Source: Eledone cirrhosa (lineage: Eukaryota). Taken from it: a stretch of 64,000 nt of DNA. The stretch is from positions 330,460,001 through 330,524,000 of the forward strand of contig OZ024742.1 in NCBI GenBank assembly GCA_964016885.1, given 5' to 3'. Numbering within the stretch: the stretch's first letter is position 1; each line of letters begins with the position of its first letter. Positions 14,792 through 29,789 of this stretch are shown piece after piece. The notes beneath the pieces were generated by a model that was not told the DNA's origin, made no database searches, and worked only from the letters and a program-made list of their open reading frames with translations. A program made the position numbers and the translations under genes.

Positions 14792-15063
14792 CGTGCGTGT
14801 GTGTGAGCGTGTGTATGGGTATGAATATGTATGGGGACAAATGAGCATACTGTAGACCAATGCACATATATGACTCACACACTAAAAGCAATGCTCGTCT
14901 CCCCAATGACCGTATTTAGGTTACGTAACAACCTGGAATCATTGATATCGCAGCTAAAAATCATTAAGCAAGTACAACTGCATTCACAGTAAGAAATAAA
15001 TATGAAGAATACGAGTAATCAACGATAATATGAGATATATAGTTATACAGACACACACAAATG

Positions 15064-15125
<62 letters not shown>

Positions 15126-15132
<7 letters not shown>

Positions 15133-15736
15133 AAAGGATAACAAGGTCCATTGATTACTCCTTCATTGCATTTATTGAGAGGAGACGCGCGTTTCGCCAC
15201 TGATCAGCTCAAGATTTGATCTGTATCGATTCTACCCGACTCAGTAATCGGCAGCTCGACGAACCCTCTTAAAATGCTATAAGAAAATGGAATACATGCT
15301 ATGAGGTAAAGTCAGAGTTTCAAGAGTTTGACGAAATGAGTTGTTTTGATTGCCATCACATCCACCCCCATATACACTACCGGCCAGTACATCGTCTTGA
15401 TCCTTCCCACCAATCAAAACAACTCATTTTGTCAAACTCTTGAAACTCTGACTTGACCACATAGCATGTATTTCATTTTCTTATAGCATTTTAAGAGGGT
15501 TGGTCAAGCTGCCGATTATTGAGTCGAGTAGAACCGTTACAGATCGAACCTTGAGCTGATCAGTGGCGAAACGCGCGTCACCTATCAATAAATGCAATGA
15601 AGGAATAATCAATCGTCCTTGTTATACTTTCAATATATTACACTCTGTATAGCTCTACACCTCATCACAGAAGTGAACCTAAACATCGAGTGCTCTCCCG
15701 GGTGAACCTGCAGTAACTCCTAGTTACACCCCTTGG
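15126..15736 (+). mobile_element. Non-coding fold-back element in (TA)n (inverted PLE pLTR-like arms plus unique 3' tail)
   Basis: Arms about 15128-15351 and 15412-15636 are diverged reverse complements. The right arm has GAAACGCGCGTC and AATAAA. The tail carries ATCGAGTGCTC at 15685-15695. Confidence 0.8.
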
Positions 15737-15886
15737 ATATATATATATATATATAAATATATGTATGTATATATACATGTATATATATATAGTTATATAC
15801 ATGTATATATATATATACATATATACATATATATGTATATATATATATGTGTGTGTGTTATTGGCAACATGACTCTCCCAAAGTAT

Positions 15887-15923
<37 letters not shown>

Positions 15924-15953
15924 TTTATATATGTATATATACATATGTATATA

Positions 15954-16812
<859 letters not shown>

Positions 16813-16831
16813 ATATATATATATATATATA

Positions 16832-17269
<438 letters not shown>

Positions 17270-17297
17270 TATATATATATACATACATATATATATA

Positions 17298-17344
<47 letters not shown>

Positions 17345-18694
17345 CACATGCATGTATATTAGCGCCAAATCCTTGCCTTGCAAGTAAGTAATGATATCTG
17401 AATATGATATGCGTCAATTAATAATAACCTCCTGTCAGTTTTTGCACGTTACCAAGCCATATTCAAGATTGAAGTAAACGTAGATTGTCTAAAGATACAT
17501 ATATTTTACACGATATTCAAGTAAAAGTAATTCATACATCCTGCAGGCATTGTTGTTAGGTCCACTAATTCGCTTTCCAAACACGAGTGTCCGGTTCCCA
17601 CCAAACTGCGTAGGAATTTGGGTAAATCTTCCCTACTATAGGTCCGATTAGCCGTGTTTTCTGAGTAGAATATATATATATAAAGATACACATACACATA
17701 TATATGCGTGTCTGTATGTGTGTCTGTGTCTGAGTGTGTGTGTCTGCATATGTATCTCCTTATGTTACTCACATAAAGTTTCGTTGTAAATTAGTGATAT
17801 AAATTAAGTATCACGTTTGAAAATATGACTTACATTACGTAATTGGCTAAAGTAAATGTTTGACCTAGATGGACTGCGGTTTAATAACAGACATCAGTAA
17901 ACAATAAAAAAATCGAAAGGACGCACCTACAAACAGCATTTGTTTTATTTAAATCTCTTGAGGGAAACCGAAACACTGATATTAAACAATTTAAATTGCT
18001 GTCATATACTAAATCATTTTCTGTCCAAACGTATTACTGTGGTTCGTAGGCGCAGACTTTCATCTCAACATAATGTTTGTTTTTCTGAGTGCTTCACATT
18101 GTGTATTACCAATATTAAAATTGCCACTTATTCATATGGAAAGTTTGGTTCTGAAATTTCGAATTCATTTCGATATATATTAACATTCGAATACATAAAT
18201 TTTAAATGAAGAACAAAATTACATCTACATATTGTTAATATTACATTATCTGGCAAATCACCAAGTTACATTTATTAATGGTAATATTAATATTATTATT
18301 ATTTGTTTGGGTTGAACAGTCTCATAGACATTGCATGTTACCCATTAACTACAGAGAGCAGCTCAATAAACGTTAGACGCACAATGTTTTCTTTTGTTTC
18401 AGTTTAATATTATTTCAGTTTAAATTATTTAAGTAACATATGTATGTGAATACTAAACAATTAAGCTATTTTCTATAGATTGAGTATATGGACATATTCA
18501 GGGATATGGATGAGTTTTGTGGTTACGTTATTCGCTCTGAAACAATATACTTTAGAATTCACTTTAACTGAGTGGCGCATGGGTTAAATGACATACAGTA
18601 GTAGCTTCGTCTTGACAAGTAATTTGGGGGCGAAATTTGAAAGGCGGCAACTGTGTAAGCCCATTGTCTCTGTCTTTCTCTCAATCTCTCTATT

Positions 18695-18749
<55 letters not shown>

Positions 18750-19159
18750 GGGGTAACAAAATTATTGTTATAGGTAGTCCACTTAAGTGTAGTTCATATA
18801 TGGTACTCCTGGTAGTGGATGATATCAACTCTTGGCTAAGTTTGACTCAACAAGGCGTTTCCATTGTGATGTTGCGAGTACGCTGTAACTCCTATGTTGT
18901 AAACACTTGGAGTAATGATAAATCAGGAAAGAAGAGTGACACGGTTTGCTATACACAAAAGGTTTTTAATCACATTGTTGACAATTGTTTCTCTGAACTG
19001 GTATGTGTAGATATCGCTACCCCCTTATTTTCACGTTATTCGATCACCAATACAAAGTTATAACCAGTCAATTCATCGGAGCTTGTGAGAATGAAAAGAA
19101 TATACAGGCATAGCTACTATATATAGTAGTAATGGCATTCAATCAGAACAATAACAACA

Positions 19160-19546
19160 ATACTAACAATGCTAGCAATAAATTATTTGAAATAATCACA
19201 ACATCAATCTAGGTGGGATGTATAGTATATCTACGATTTTAGCATGTAAGGCTAGCTGACATGAGGCTGATGTATAAAATTGACATGTAAAAGCTGCCAT
19301 AGGGTGAATTATATACAGTGAAAAGATAAGCCAGTGGCTTAAAACAATGTAGGTCTGCTGGCCGTAAGAAACATTTATTATCTGACAGATGAAGAATTTA
19401 TCATTGTAGTGAGGATAGTAATATGTGTGTGGTCTATATTAGATGAAAGCGTTGTCTAGCTTTCTCATCATCAATACCATACATGTATAAGATAAGATCA
19501 ACAGAGTAGCAATATCACGGGCAAGTTAATACAGAGGTTAAGGAGG

Positions 19547-19617
<71 letters not shown>

Positions 19618-19995
19618 CCTCTGTATTAAATTGCCCATTATATTGATACTCTGTTAATGTTGTCTTATACATGCATGTTATTGATGATGAGAAAGCTAGA
19701 CAACCCTTTCATCTAATATAGACCACACAAATACTACTATCCTCATTACAGTGATAAATTGTTCATCTGTCAGATAATAAATGATTCTTACGGCCACCAG
19801 ACTTACATTGTTTAAAGCCACCGGCGTATCTTTACACTGTATATAATACACCCCATGCCAGCTTTTACATGTCAATTTTATACATCTGCCTCACGTCAGC
19901 TAGTTTTACACGCTAAACTCGTAGATATACTATACTTCCCACCTAGATTGATGTTGTGATTATTTCAAATAATGTATTGCTATCATTGTTATTAT
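19160..19995. repeat. Diverged inverted repeat of about 380 bp per arm around a central (TA)n
   Basis: About 19160-19541 is the reverse complement of about 19614-19995 (e.g. aataatcacaacatcaatctaggtggga / tcccacctagattgatgttgtgattatt). Confidence 0.9.
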
Positions 19996-20013
19996 TCCTA
20001 TATATATATATAT

Positions 20014-22826
20014 AGGAAAAAGTATAACCACGACGGAAGAGCACAAATCGTCTCGACGGCTATTTCTGGACTAAATTAGAATGTTTAGCCTGTTAAATAA
20101 ACAGCCGAACTTGTGAATGGGTACTTCATTATATGGGAATATTGTAGTTGTCAAGTGGATTGGTCAAAATTTGTTATAAGCACAAATAGGTATGTCATTG
20201 CAATTGGTGGGAGGTAGGGTTTGCTGAACTTGCCTGTAGAACAATGAGGGAGTGAGTAGAGCCGGTCAAGCATTGAAAGTGAAATCTATACAGCAGATTC
20301 TAAGGATAGTGTATGAAAAGTAGAACAATTGTTCTGGAGAAAATGGAGGTGGGAAGTAATAGAATAGGTAAGTCCAATGAGAGTAGGAGACAATAAAAAT
20401 AATAGAAAGAAATATAAAGAAAATATATGAAATTAGATAGTGAGAAATGAATAAAAAAAACAGAAACAGTAGAGTCTAGAGACAGCTCCTATAATTAGTC
20501 GGTGTTGCTTGTACGGCCAAAGCTATAGAGAAGGTTAATAATTTGAGAATGGAAAATACTAAATAAGAAATTGTAGAAGAGGGTAGTGAAAAAATATAAT
20601 GCAAACTTTTCAGGGGTCTGACGCAGCTGCTATAAATAGTTAGTAAAGCGTATTCCGCCAATGCTATCTTACAATTACAGGTTAATAGGTTGAGAATAGA
20701 AAATACGAAATAAGAAATATTGAAATTGTAGAATTGGAATAGTAACAACAAATGATACAACATTACAGGTGTCTAACACATCTGCTATAAATAGTTAGTA
20801 AAGCTTATTCGGCCAATTCTATCTTAAATTTACAAGGGTGGGGGTACTGAGGCTACAGAGGCCCGATGGGCTGCATAGGGGTAGGCGGAAAGGAAAAAAC
20901 AGACGAGGAAGAAGATGGGGGGTGGAAGGAAGTGATAGGATGAGGCAGCGGGAAGAATACAGCATAGAGGAAATGAAAAGAGGTTCATCTACCTATGTAA
21001 GCTGGGGTTTCCTCTAACTTATTCGGCAAGTGGGGGGGCATCACCCCCTGCACACCCACCTGGGTCGTTATGGGGTTTGAGGGTGAGGTAAGCCCTACAC
21101 AATCTGTGTTTGCATGCGGTTAGCAGTTCGTCTTTCTTGTTTAGGAGTTGGTCCTTCGAAAACAGCATTTGTAATGATTCCTCCGAGCATAGGTTACACG
21201 GACGGCGTCCTACCGTGTAAAAGTTAGCTTTGGACAGTAAACTCCAAGTGAGATTTTGGGTTATATTATTATCTTGGAGGTCCCAGATGTGGCTCGAAAG
21301 TGTAGTGGAATGTCGCTGGACCGGGTTTCGGAAAGTATGTCTGTGTTGGTAGAGCCGGGTCTTCAAGTTACAAGCGGTTAATCCTATATAAGCTTTGTTG
21401 GAGGTGTCCGTCCTCACGTTGCACTGGTAGATCACGTTACGTTCTCGGTATCTGTTGTTGAGGAGGCAGTTGATCCATCAGGGCAGTAACACCTCCTGGT
21501 CTGCTCTCCACTGATGTCTAGGTGGTTTCTTCCATAGAGGTTGAGTTTTTTGTTGTTTGAGGGGACGATGTTTTGTGCGAAGTTAGGTGTGGTGCTGCAG
21601 GAGAGTTTGGTGGTGTTTTTGTTGATTATGTTGTGGTAGCGGTGTTATAGTGGGGAGTGTTTTTCGAGCAGCCTAAATAAGATTTTCCCGATAGGTGTTG
21701 CCACCTCTGCATCGTAGGGAGGATTGAACCACTTTACATCGCGTTAGCGGCGGTGTCGCCTGCTGGTTCCGCTAAGGGAAGCTGGATAAAAGGATATTTC
21801 CTCCCGGAAGTCACTCCCCTTGTGAGCCTGATGGTAATGAGGCGCATGTTCGTGGAATGTCTCCTCATTAGCGGACAAACGATATATGCGGAGGGAGATG
21901 TTTTTAACCATGATGTTTCAAGGTTGGTTAAAGCGGCGGTGGATGAAGTGCAGGTTGTCGTTTGGTTTCCTGTATGGGTTGTACATATCATTTTCGAGGT
22001 TATGGGTAACGTCCAGGAAATTGACTTGGGTTAGGGGCGTTAGTAGGGTGATTTTAAATCCCCAGTCCCGGAAGAAGTTGATAAGTTGTTTTCGGACCCG
22101 GTCTGTACTACTGGGGTTGTAGCTTTGAGGGTAAGGAGCCCATCATCTCGGTACAATCCACCGCCGAATGCAGTGAACATTTCGGTAAGTTTAAATACTA
22201 GAAATAATCCTATAAGATCTGTGGCCTCTGCGGAATCCGTCGTGCCTTACTGACGTCGACGGGGGAGTCGGGAGCTCTCTTTATCCACTTAGAGTTGTCT
22301 AAAAGTAGGACTGTCTTCCTGGCGTGGAGAATTATATTTCTTTCCAGGTCAGTGATGGGTGTGAGTGTTTCGGCAAAGTACATGGCGGCCGTAAGGAGCG
22401 GTAAAGTAATAGATGCATAGTAACTCTCTATGTCAAACTGGATGAATTTTGTGTCTCGTTTGTCCTCCATATTCCAGAACAATGTTTCGACTTTTCATAA
22501 ACTATCCTTAGAATCTGGTGTATAGATTTCCATTTCAACGCTTGACCGGCTCCACTCACTCCCTCGTTGTTATACAGGCAAGTTCAGCCACCCCTGCCTC
22601 CCACCAATTGCCATGACACACTTATTTGTGTTTACAACAAATTCTGACCAATCCTCTTGACAACTACAATATTCCCGTATAAGGAAGTACCCCTTGGACA
22701 AGTTCGGCTATTTATTTACCAGGCTAAAAATTCTAATTTAGTCCAGAAATAGCCGTCGAAGCGGCTTGTGCTCAGCCGTCGGGGTCCGTTAAAATCCATC
22801 TGTTTCCTTACCACATTTCCTACGTT
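20014..22826 (-). mobile_element. 5'-truncated Penelope-like element (RT plus C-terminal GIY-YIG) with inverted pLTRs, in (TA)n
   Basis: About 20030-20338 is inverted relative to 22472-22780. Coding remnants lie between them on the minus strand. Confidence 0.9.
21019..22482 (-). pseudogene. PLE reverse transcriptase, thumb and GIY-YIG endonuclease, disrupted
   Basis: FIQFDIESYYASI, GGLYRDDG (about 22140-22165), WFNPPY, IYQC...YIGLT...KTRLYQH, STTLSSHIW, CNLCSEE, LNKKDELLTACKHR. Confidence 0.88.
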
Positions 22827-22852
22827 ATATATATATATATATATATATATAC

Positions 22853-23000
22853 ATTGATTAGGTGAATCCAGCTGATGAAGCCAGATGGTCCGATTGTGCA
22901 CTGTTGTATAATAAATAAAGACAGTAGATGCTGTGCGCTCTCTTGCAGCAGCACTGTGTAGCCGAAACACGAGTACGACTATAGTTTTATGGTACATATT
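22853..23000 (+). mobile_element. Short PLE-pLTR-like fragment with degenerate hammerhead, related to 40223-40350
   Basis: CTGATGA at 22872-22878 and gtgtagccGAAACACGAGTA downstream. About 40280-40340 has gtgtagccGAAACTCGAGTC and the same ttacgtg.gttgtattga. Confidence 0.45.
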
Positions 23001-23465
23001 TACGTGCGTTGTATTGATATATATATATATATGTGTTTGTGTGTGTGTAAGTGTCTTTATGTGTGCGTTAGTGTTTCTTTATGTGTCTGTTTATCCTTGG
23101 TATATATTTTATGTTAGTTAATCAATCGACACTTGTGTACGGAAGATAGAGCACTCAAACACATATACAAGCAAGTCTATGTACACCGTATTAGTGGAAT
23201 ACCAATAATGTAGTAGCCAGTAGGTTAACCTGTTCATCATTTGATTGGTTACACAAACACTGTACGCTTGTCGAAGGTAACAGTTGTTATGTAATAGTTA
23301 TAATATCAACATTTGCCTATTACGACAGCAAAAATGTACATGAACAAAAATAAAATGAATAAATATTTCTCATGTTGTTACCATTCTTTCATATGTCAAT
23401 GGTGAGTTATTGCGGTAGTCTTCTCAATGCCCTGAGCAATTTGACGAAAATACAATGATGGAATA

Positions 23466-23546
<81 letters not shown>

Positions 23547-23845
23547 TCCTGGTATGTGTATATGGATTTTTTCTTCTAACTTTAATTTAATACCTAATTG
23601 TGTATGGTTAACGATATATTTACTCAATTTCCACTTGCTATTGAAATGGTGGGTAAATATTATATCGCTGTTGATCGCGAATAGATGGTTATCATTTATT
23701 TATCTATTATTTCTTCACATGTGCCTTTTAATCTTATAGAGTGGTTTAATTGTTTTTTTGTGTGGTTGATTATGCTAATTGGGAGTGGAAATTGAGTATA
23801 TATCTTATCAATTGATTCTAAGGACATAATTTATAGTACATATAT

Positions 23846-24962
<1,117 letters not shown>

Positions 24963-24971
24963 GTATATATA

Positions 24972-26690
24972 GTAATAATAATAAATTTGAAGACTAAAAT
25001 CCAAAGAGGGCTCGATAAGGATAAACATATATCAAATATATAAGAACCGTAGAGCAAATATTTATTAAAATAACATATTAAAGAATCGCTGCTTTTACCC
25101 TTGACGGGATCTTCTGAAATTAACAAAGTCAATCTGTAAACGCAGAAGTGGATATTTCAAAAAACGTTGCAACCGGAGGAAGACAGGAAGACGATACTTT
25201 CGTTCGTGGAAAGGTTCGCTGGCAAAGAATGGGAAAAAACGAATATAATACGTCATTAATAGGCGCGGTGAAAAACAATTACGCGCAAAGACAGAACCAC
25301 GTTTATGGTTTATGGCGGTGGTTTGTACCGTGACGATGGTCTTTTGACCATGACTAAGTGCGGATCTCGTGCTTGCGACAGGTTCAGAAAAGAACTCACA
25401 GCCTTCTTTAAAGGCAATCAACCCGATTCCTACAATTAAAGTTAGTACTAACTACAGGGTTGCACGTGATCCTACGGCCAGGTAGTTTAGCTAAATGTGA
25501 AGCTGTGATGTTATGTGCAAGGTTAGGAGTCGTAAGAAATGTTAATAGTATTTCTATTAAAAATGTTACTATATTTATGTGTAGGGGGGAAATGCTTCGT
25601 AATAAGGGAAATAATGGTCTTAGCTAATGGTGTGGCCACCTCCATATTATAAGGTGGGTTATACCAACAAATGCGACGGGATCTATTTCTACTAGGTCTA
25701 TTTTCGTACTCTGTATATGCTACCATATCAACCCGATTCGTACAATTACAGTTAGTACTAACTACAGGGTTGCACGTTTTCCTATGGCTAGGTAGTTTAG
25801 CTAAATATGAAGCTGTGATGTTATGTGCAAGGTTAGGAGTCGTAGAGTAAGAAATGTTAATAGTATTTCTATTAAAAATGTTACTATATTTATGTATAGG
25901 GGGGAAATGCTTCGTAATAAGGGAAAGAAAGGTCTTAGCTAATTGTGTGGCCACCTCCATATTATAAGGTGGGTTATACCAACAAATGCGACGGGATCTA
26001 TTTCTTCTAGGTCTATTTTCGTACTCTCTCGTACTCTGTATATGCTACCATATCGACAAATCCACTTCGAGCAACATTTTCATTGTAATAAGTGGAATGG
26101 TCGTTGAAAATACGCTCGTTGGTGGAAAGACGGGAAAGCCTCAACGAAACGTTTCTTACCAGGTACTTGGTCATGCTGTCAGGATGGTTGGAATGCTTAC
26201 TTATGTAATTAAGCGTATCATTCGGCTTTCTATACGGGTAATACAACCCATTCAATAATTTGAGGGTAACGTCGAGGCAATTAACGACCGAGAGATTGGC
26301 CTCAACCTGTATAGAGAGGTTGAAGCCTTTAAAGAAGGCCGTGAGTTCTTTTCTGAACCTGTCGCAAGCTCGAGGTCCGCACTTAGTCATGCTCAAAAGA
26401 CCATCGTCACGGTACAAACCACCGCCATAAACCATAAACGAGGTTCTGTCTTTGCGCGTAATCGTTTTTCACCGCTCCTATTAATGACGTATAATATTCG
26501 TTTTTTCCCGTTCTTTGACAGCGAATGTTTCCACGAACGAAAGTATCGTCTTCCTGTCTTCCTCCAGTTGCAACGTTTTCTGAAATATCTACTTCTGCGT
26601 TTGCAGATTGACTTTGTTAGTTTCAGAAGATCCCGTTAAGGGTGAAAGCAGCGATTCGTTGCTTAAACTTTAAACTGTTATTTTAATAAA
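24972..26690 (-). mobile_element. Rearranged PLE fragment (RT YRDD plus thumb) with inverted ends and an internal duplication
   Basis: GGGLYRDDGLL, YRKPNDTLNYISKHSNHP, RRICWYNPPYN, NCNC. About 25060-25415 is inverted relative to 26326-26690. About 310-bp direct duplication starting at 25417 and 25727. Confidence 0.85.
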
Positions 26691-26712
26691 TATATATATA
26701 TATATATATATA

Positions 26713-26952
26713 TAGTTATGTAATAAACAACATAAGGCAATTATTTAAAAAACCAGGTTTTTAAGATCCAATGTCAATAAATACACCAGGAGTTTTTCAT
26801 TCTGATGATTGAAAGCAAAATTTGTTTTCTTCCAAAGAACCACTGGTAAATGAAATAATAGCCTTATGTTGTTTATTACATAACTATTAAGCTCTGTAAC
26901 CTACATAGAGCACTCTTTTTTCCTGGATCTTTCCGACGGAATTACTTCATTC
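26713..26952 (+). mobile_element. Miniature fold-back element (26-bp perfect inverted repeat plus tail)
   Basis: tagttatgtaataaacaacataaggc (26713-26738) / gccttatgttgtttattacataacta (26861-26886). CTGATGA and GAAA lie between them but without convincing stems. Confidence 0.55.
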
Positions 26953-27040
26953 ACACACACACACGCACACACACACACACATACACACATACACCCCCCA
27001 CCCCCCACCCCCACACACACACACACACATATATATATAT

Positions 27041-27307
27041 GGCTTAGAGGTTAGAGCAGTAGGCTTGTAATCGAAATGTTGTGAGTTCAATTCTCGGACC
27101 AGGTGATGTGTTGTTTCCTTGAGCAAGACACTTCATTTCACGTTGCTCCACTTTACTCAACTGAAAAGGAGTACCAGCAATAGCTGGAGGTTAACCCTGC
27201 GATTGACTGGCGTCCTGTCCAGGGAGTGTCTTGTACTCTCAGTCGTTTCACGCCATGAAACCGGGATAAGCACCGGCCAAATGAGCCTTCTGGCTTAAGA
27301 CAGATTT
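27041..27307 (+). mobile_element. tRNA-derived SINE, near full length
   Basis: A box ggcttagaggttag, B box gagttcaattc, CORE-like ccttgagcaagacactt, central ccctgcgattgactggcgtcctgtccaggg. Confidence 0.85.
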
Positions 27308-27427
27308 CAGAATTACGGCCTGCTCGCACAGCCAGTGGGATGGCGTCATTACATAGCTAAAACAGTACGTGCTGTGACCAGCGCCGCCGAATGGCGCACA
27401 ACAGACAGGTCGGTCAAGGTGATATAT

Positions 27428-27814
27428 ATATATCAATGATATTAATAAATGGAAACTATATTTATAAAACCATATTTATTCTTTTATATATATTTCAAGG
27501 GTACCAAAACCTTGGTACGCCCTCATCAGAAAAGATTTTATAAATAGCGACATACCCAGTAATCAGAACTTAACGGAACCTGAACCGTTAAGTGTTTGTC
27601 ACTATTTACAAAACATATTTTGTATTTTATTTGTTGAGAGCGTATCAAAGTTTTGGTACCCTTGAAATATATATAATAGAATAAATATGGTTTAATAAAT
27701 ATCGTTTTCATTTATTAATATCATTGATATATACTCCAGAAACAATGTCGAGTGCTTCGAATATGTTATAAATAGATTTGTTGAATTACCAACAATTTAA
27801 ATATGTATTTACTT
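27428..27814 (+). mobile_element. Fold-back element in (TA)n with hammerhead and GAGTGCT tail
   Basis: Arms about 27428-27525 and 27635-27732. Tail GTCGAGTGCTT at 27747-27757. The tail is homologous to 59460-59530 and to 62765-62830(-). Confidence 0.8.
27481..27534 (-). ncRNA. Minimal type I hammerhead ribozyme
   Basis: ctttt CTGATGA GGG-c-GTACCAA ggtt TTGGTAC-c-CTT GAAA TATATA TA aaag. Canonical core, weak A/U stem I. Confidence 0.7.
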
Positions 27815-28039
27815 ATATATATATATATATATGAAGATAGAGAGATAAATGTCACTGTAGCTTTATGACAAAAGATTGTGGGCATCATGAAACATTAAGA
27901 AAAATAACAGGATAAATAGACATATATTTTGCAGAGGGATAGAAAGGGGAAAATAGATATTGTGTATATAATGATAAACATGGGAAATATGAAGAATGGT
28001 ATAAAACATAATAACATTCCATATAACAATAGTAGTTTT

Positions 28040-28602
28040 GGTGTGTCTGGACGACGCCTCATATCTCCCTTGAGAGCAAGATCCGTCTATGCTGCACGTT
28101 TATCATACCTGTCATCATCTACGGCGCTGACACCTGGACCATTGTTAAACAAGAACTGAATAAGTTTGCGGAGTCCTAATTGCGATGTCTTTTTCAGATC
28201 CGTGGGTTCTCTCTACTCGACCGATTCTAAAAAAAAAACAAATCTGAGCGCAATGCAAGCAGCAGCAGAGCATTGAAACTCAAATTCGGCAAGGCAGGCT
28301 ACTGTGGTTTGGCCCCATCTGCCGGATGAGGGCTGGAAGACTACAACACCCATATTTGCCAGGCTGGAGTATCTGACGACTCAAGCACTGGAGAATCGAA
28401 TATAGCGTACTGAGCAAGAAATAGGCGAATCACATTTTGGAGAACCTCAAATCGCAGCGTCGTGAACTCGACCAGCTAAGAAAGCGCCATGGATAGAAAA
28501 GCGTGAAAGAACATCATCATCGGAGTCCATAATCGAATGGGACCCACGGCAGCGCATTGTTTGAGAAGATAGCCATCCTCAATCGCCAGGACGGGAAAGA
28601 AT

Positions 28603-28664
<62 letters not shown>
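28040..28664 (+). mobile_element. Decayed RTE-like LINE 3' end with (AAT)n tail
   Basis: Broken frames give IYGADTWT and RLLWFGPICRM (RTE thumb-like), followed by (AAT)n at about 28605-28664. Confidence 0.6.
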
Positions 28665-29789
28665 GGGAAGAAGACGCACGAGGTGACGGAGGTCATGAAA
28701 TCGCTCCCGTAAGTTTTGAATTTTTAACATATTTAAATCATTTGTGAAATAACAACTCTTAGTGCAAATGCTACGTAAAGCACCCGGCTTGAGCCCCAAA
28801 AAATTCGGACCCAAAATATATTGTTATAAGGCTCAAATATTCAAATATTCAATTTGTATTGTACACTGTATATCCAAAAAAGAAAATGGCTATAAATGGA
28901 AGAAGAACCCCCCCCCCCCTCCTCTCCTCTGTCTACACTATATAGAACAGCCAAACTCACCAACACCAGAAACTAGATACACCACCCACCCTATCACCTG
29001 TGTCCACTAAACACAACAGCCAGATAACGGCATTTTCACCACCACCGCTCACTACGGCCATCATTACCACCATTATTCCATCACCGCCGCCACCACCCCT
29101 TCACTCCTCCACTGCTACCACCGCTACAGCACCATCACTACAGTAATACGGTCACATCACCGCTACCACTGCCTCGGTATCGACATCACCACCACCACTG
29201 TCTCAGTATCGCTACCGCCGCCAGTCTCCCACTTCTACCAGCTGTCTGCTGCCACCACATTATAGAATCCCTACTGCTAAAAAAGAGGAAGGCATCAAAA
29301 TATATAGATAGACTCAAAAGAAAAAAGAAAAAGGAAAAAAAACAAACAACAAAACCAAAGCAGCACAGCAACAACAGCAAGAAACGAGAAAAACAAACAG
29401 AGAAAAACAAAAACAAAAAAAAACCCCAAAAAACGTAAAGAAAATAAGAATGAAGAGAGAAGCAGGCGGACGGACAGAGAAGAGGGGGGAGAAACTAAAA
29501 CTTAATAAACAAAAACTAAGTCAGACATTCGAACACTACATTACAATGAAACTTATGCTTATTCATTTTTGGGGCCCTTTCTGCCTGTGTGTTTGTTTGT
29601 GTATGTGTGTTCGTATACAGCGTGGTGATAATGCCACACAAGGGCCAAGTGGAATGGTGGATCCACAGATGGCTATGTAACCATACATTCGCCAATCCTC
29701 GATAAGAGTGTTTAAATATCGAACATAAACAGTTCGAATAACGGTGAAATGGAGACTAGAACGTCATGTGACAGACTCTCACCCAACAG

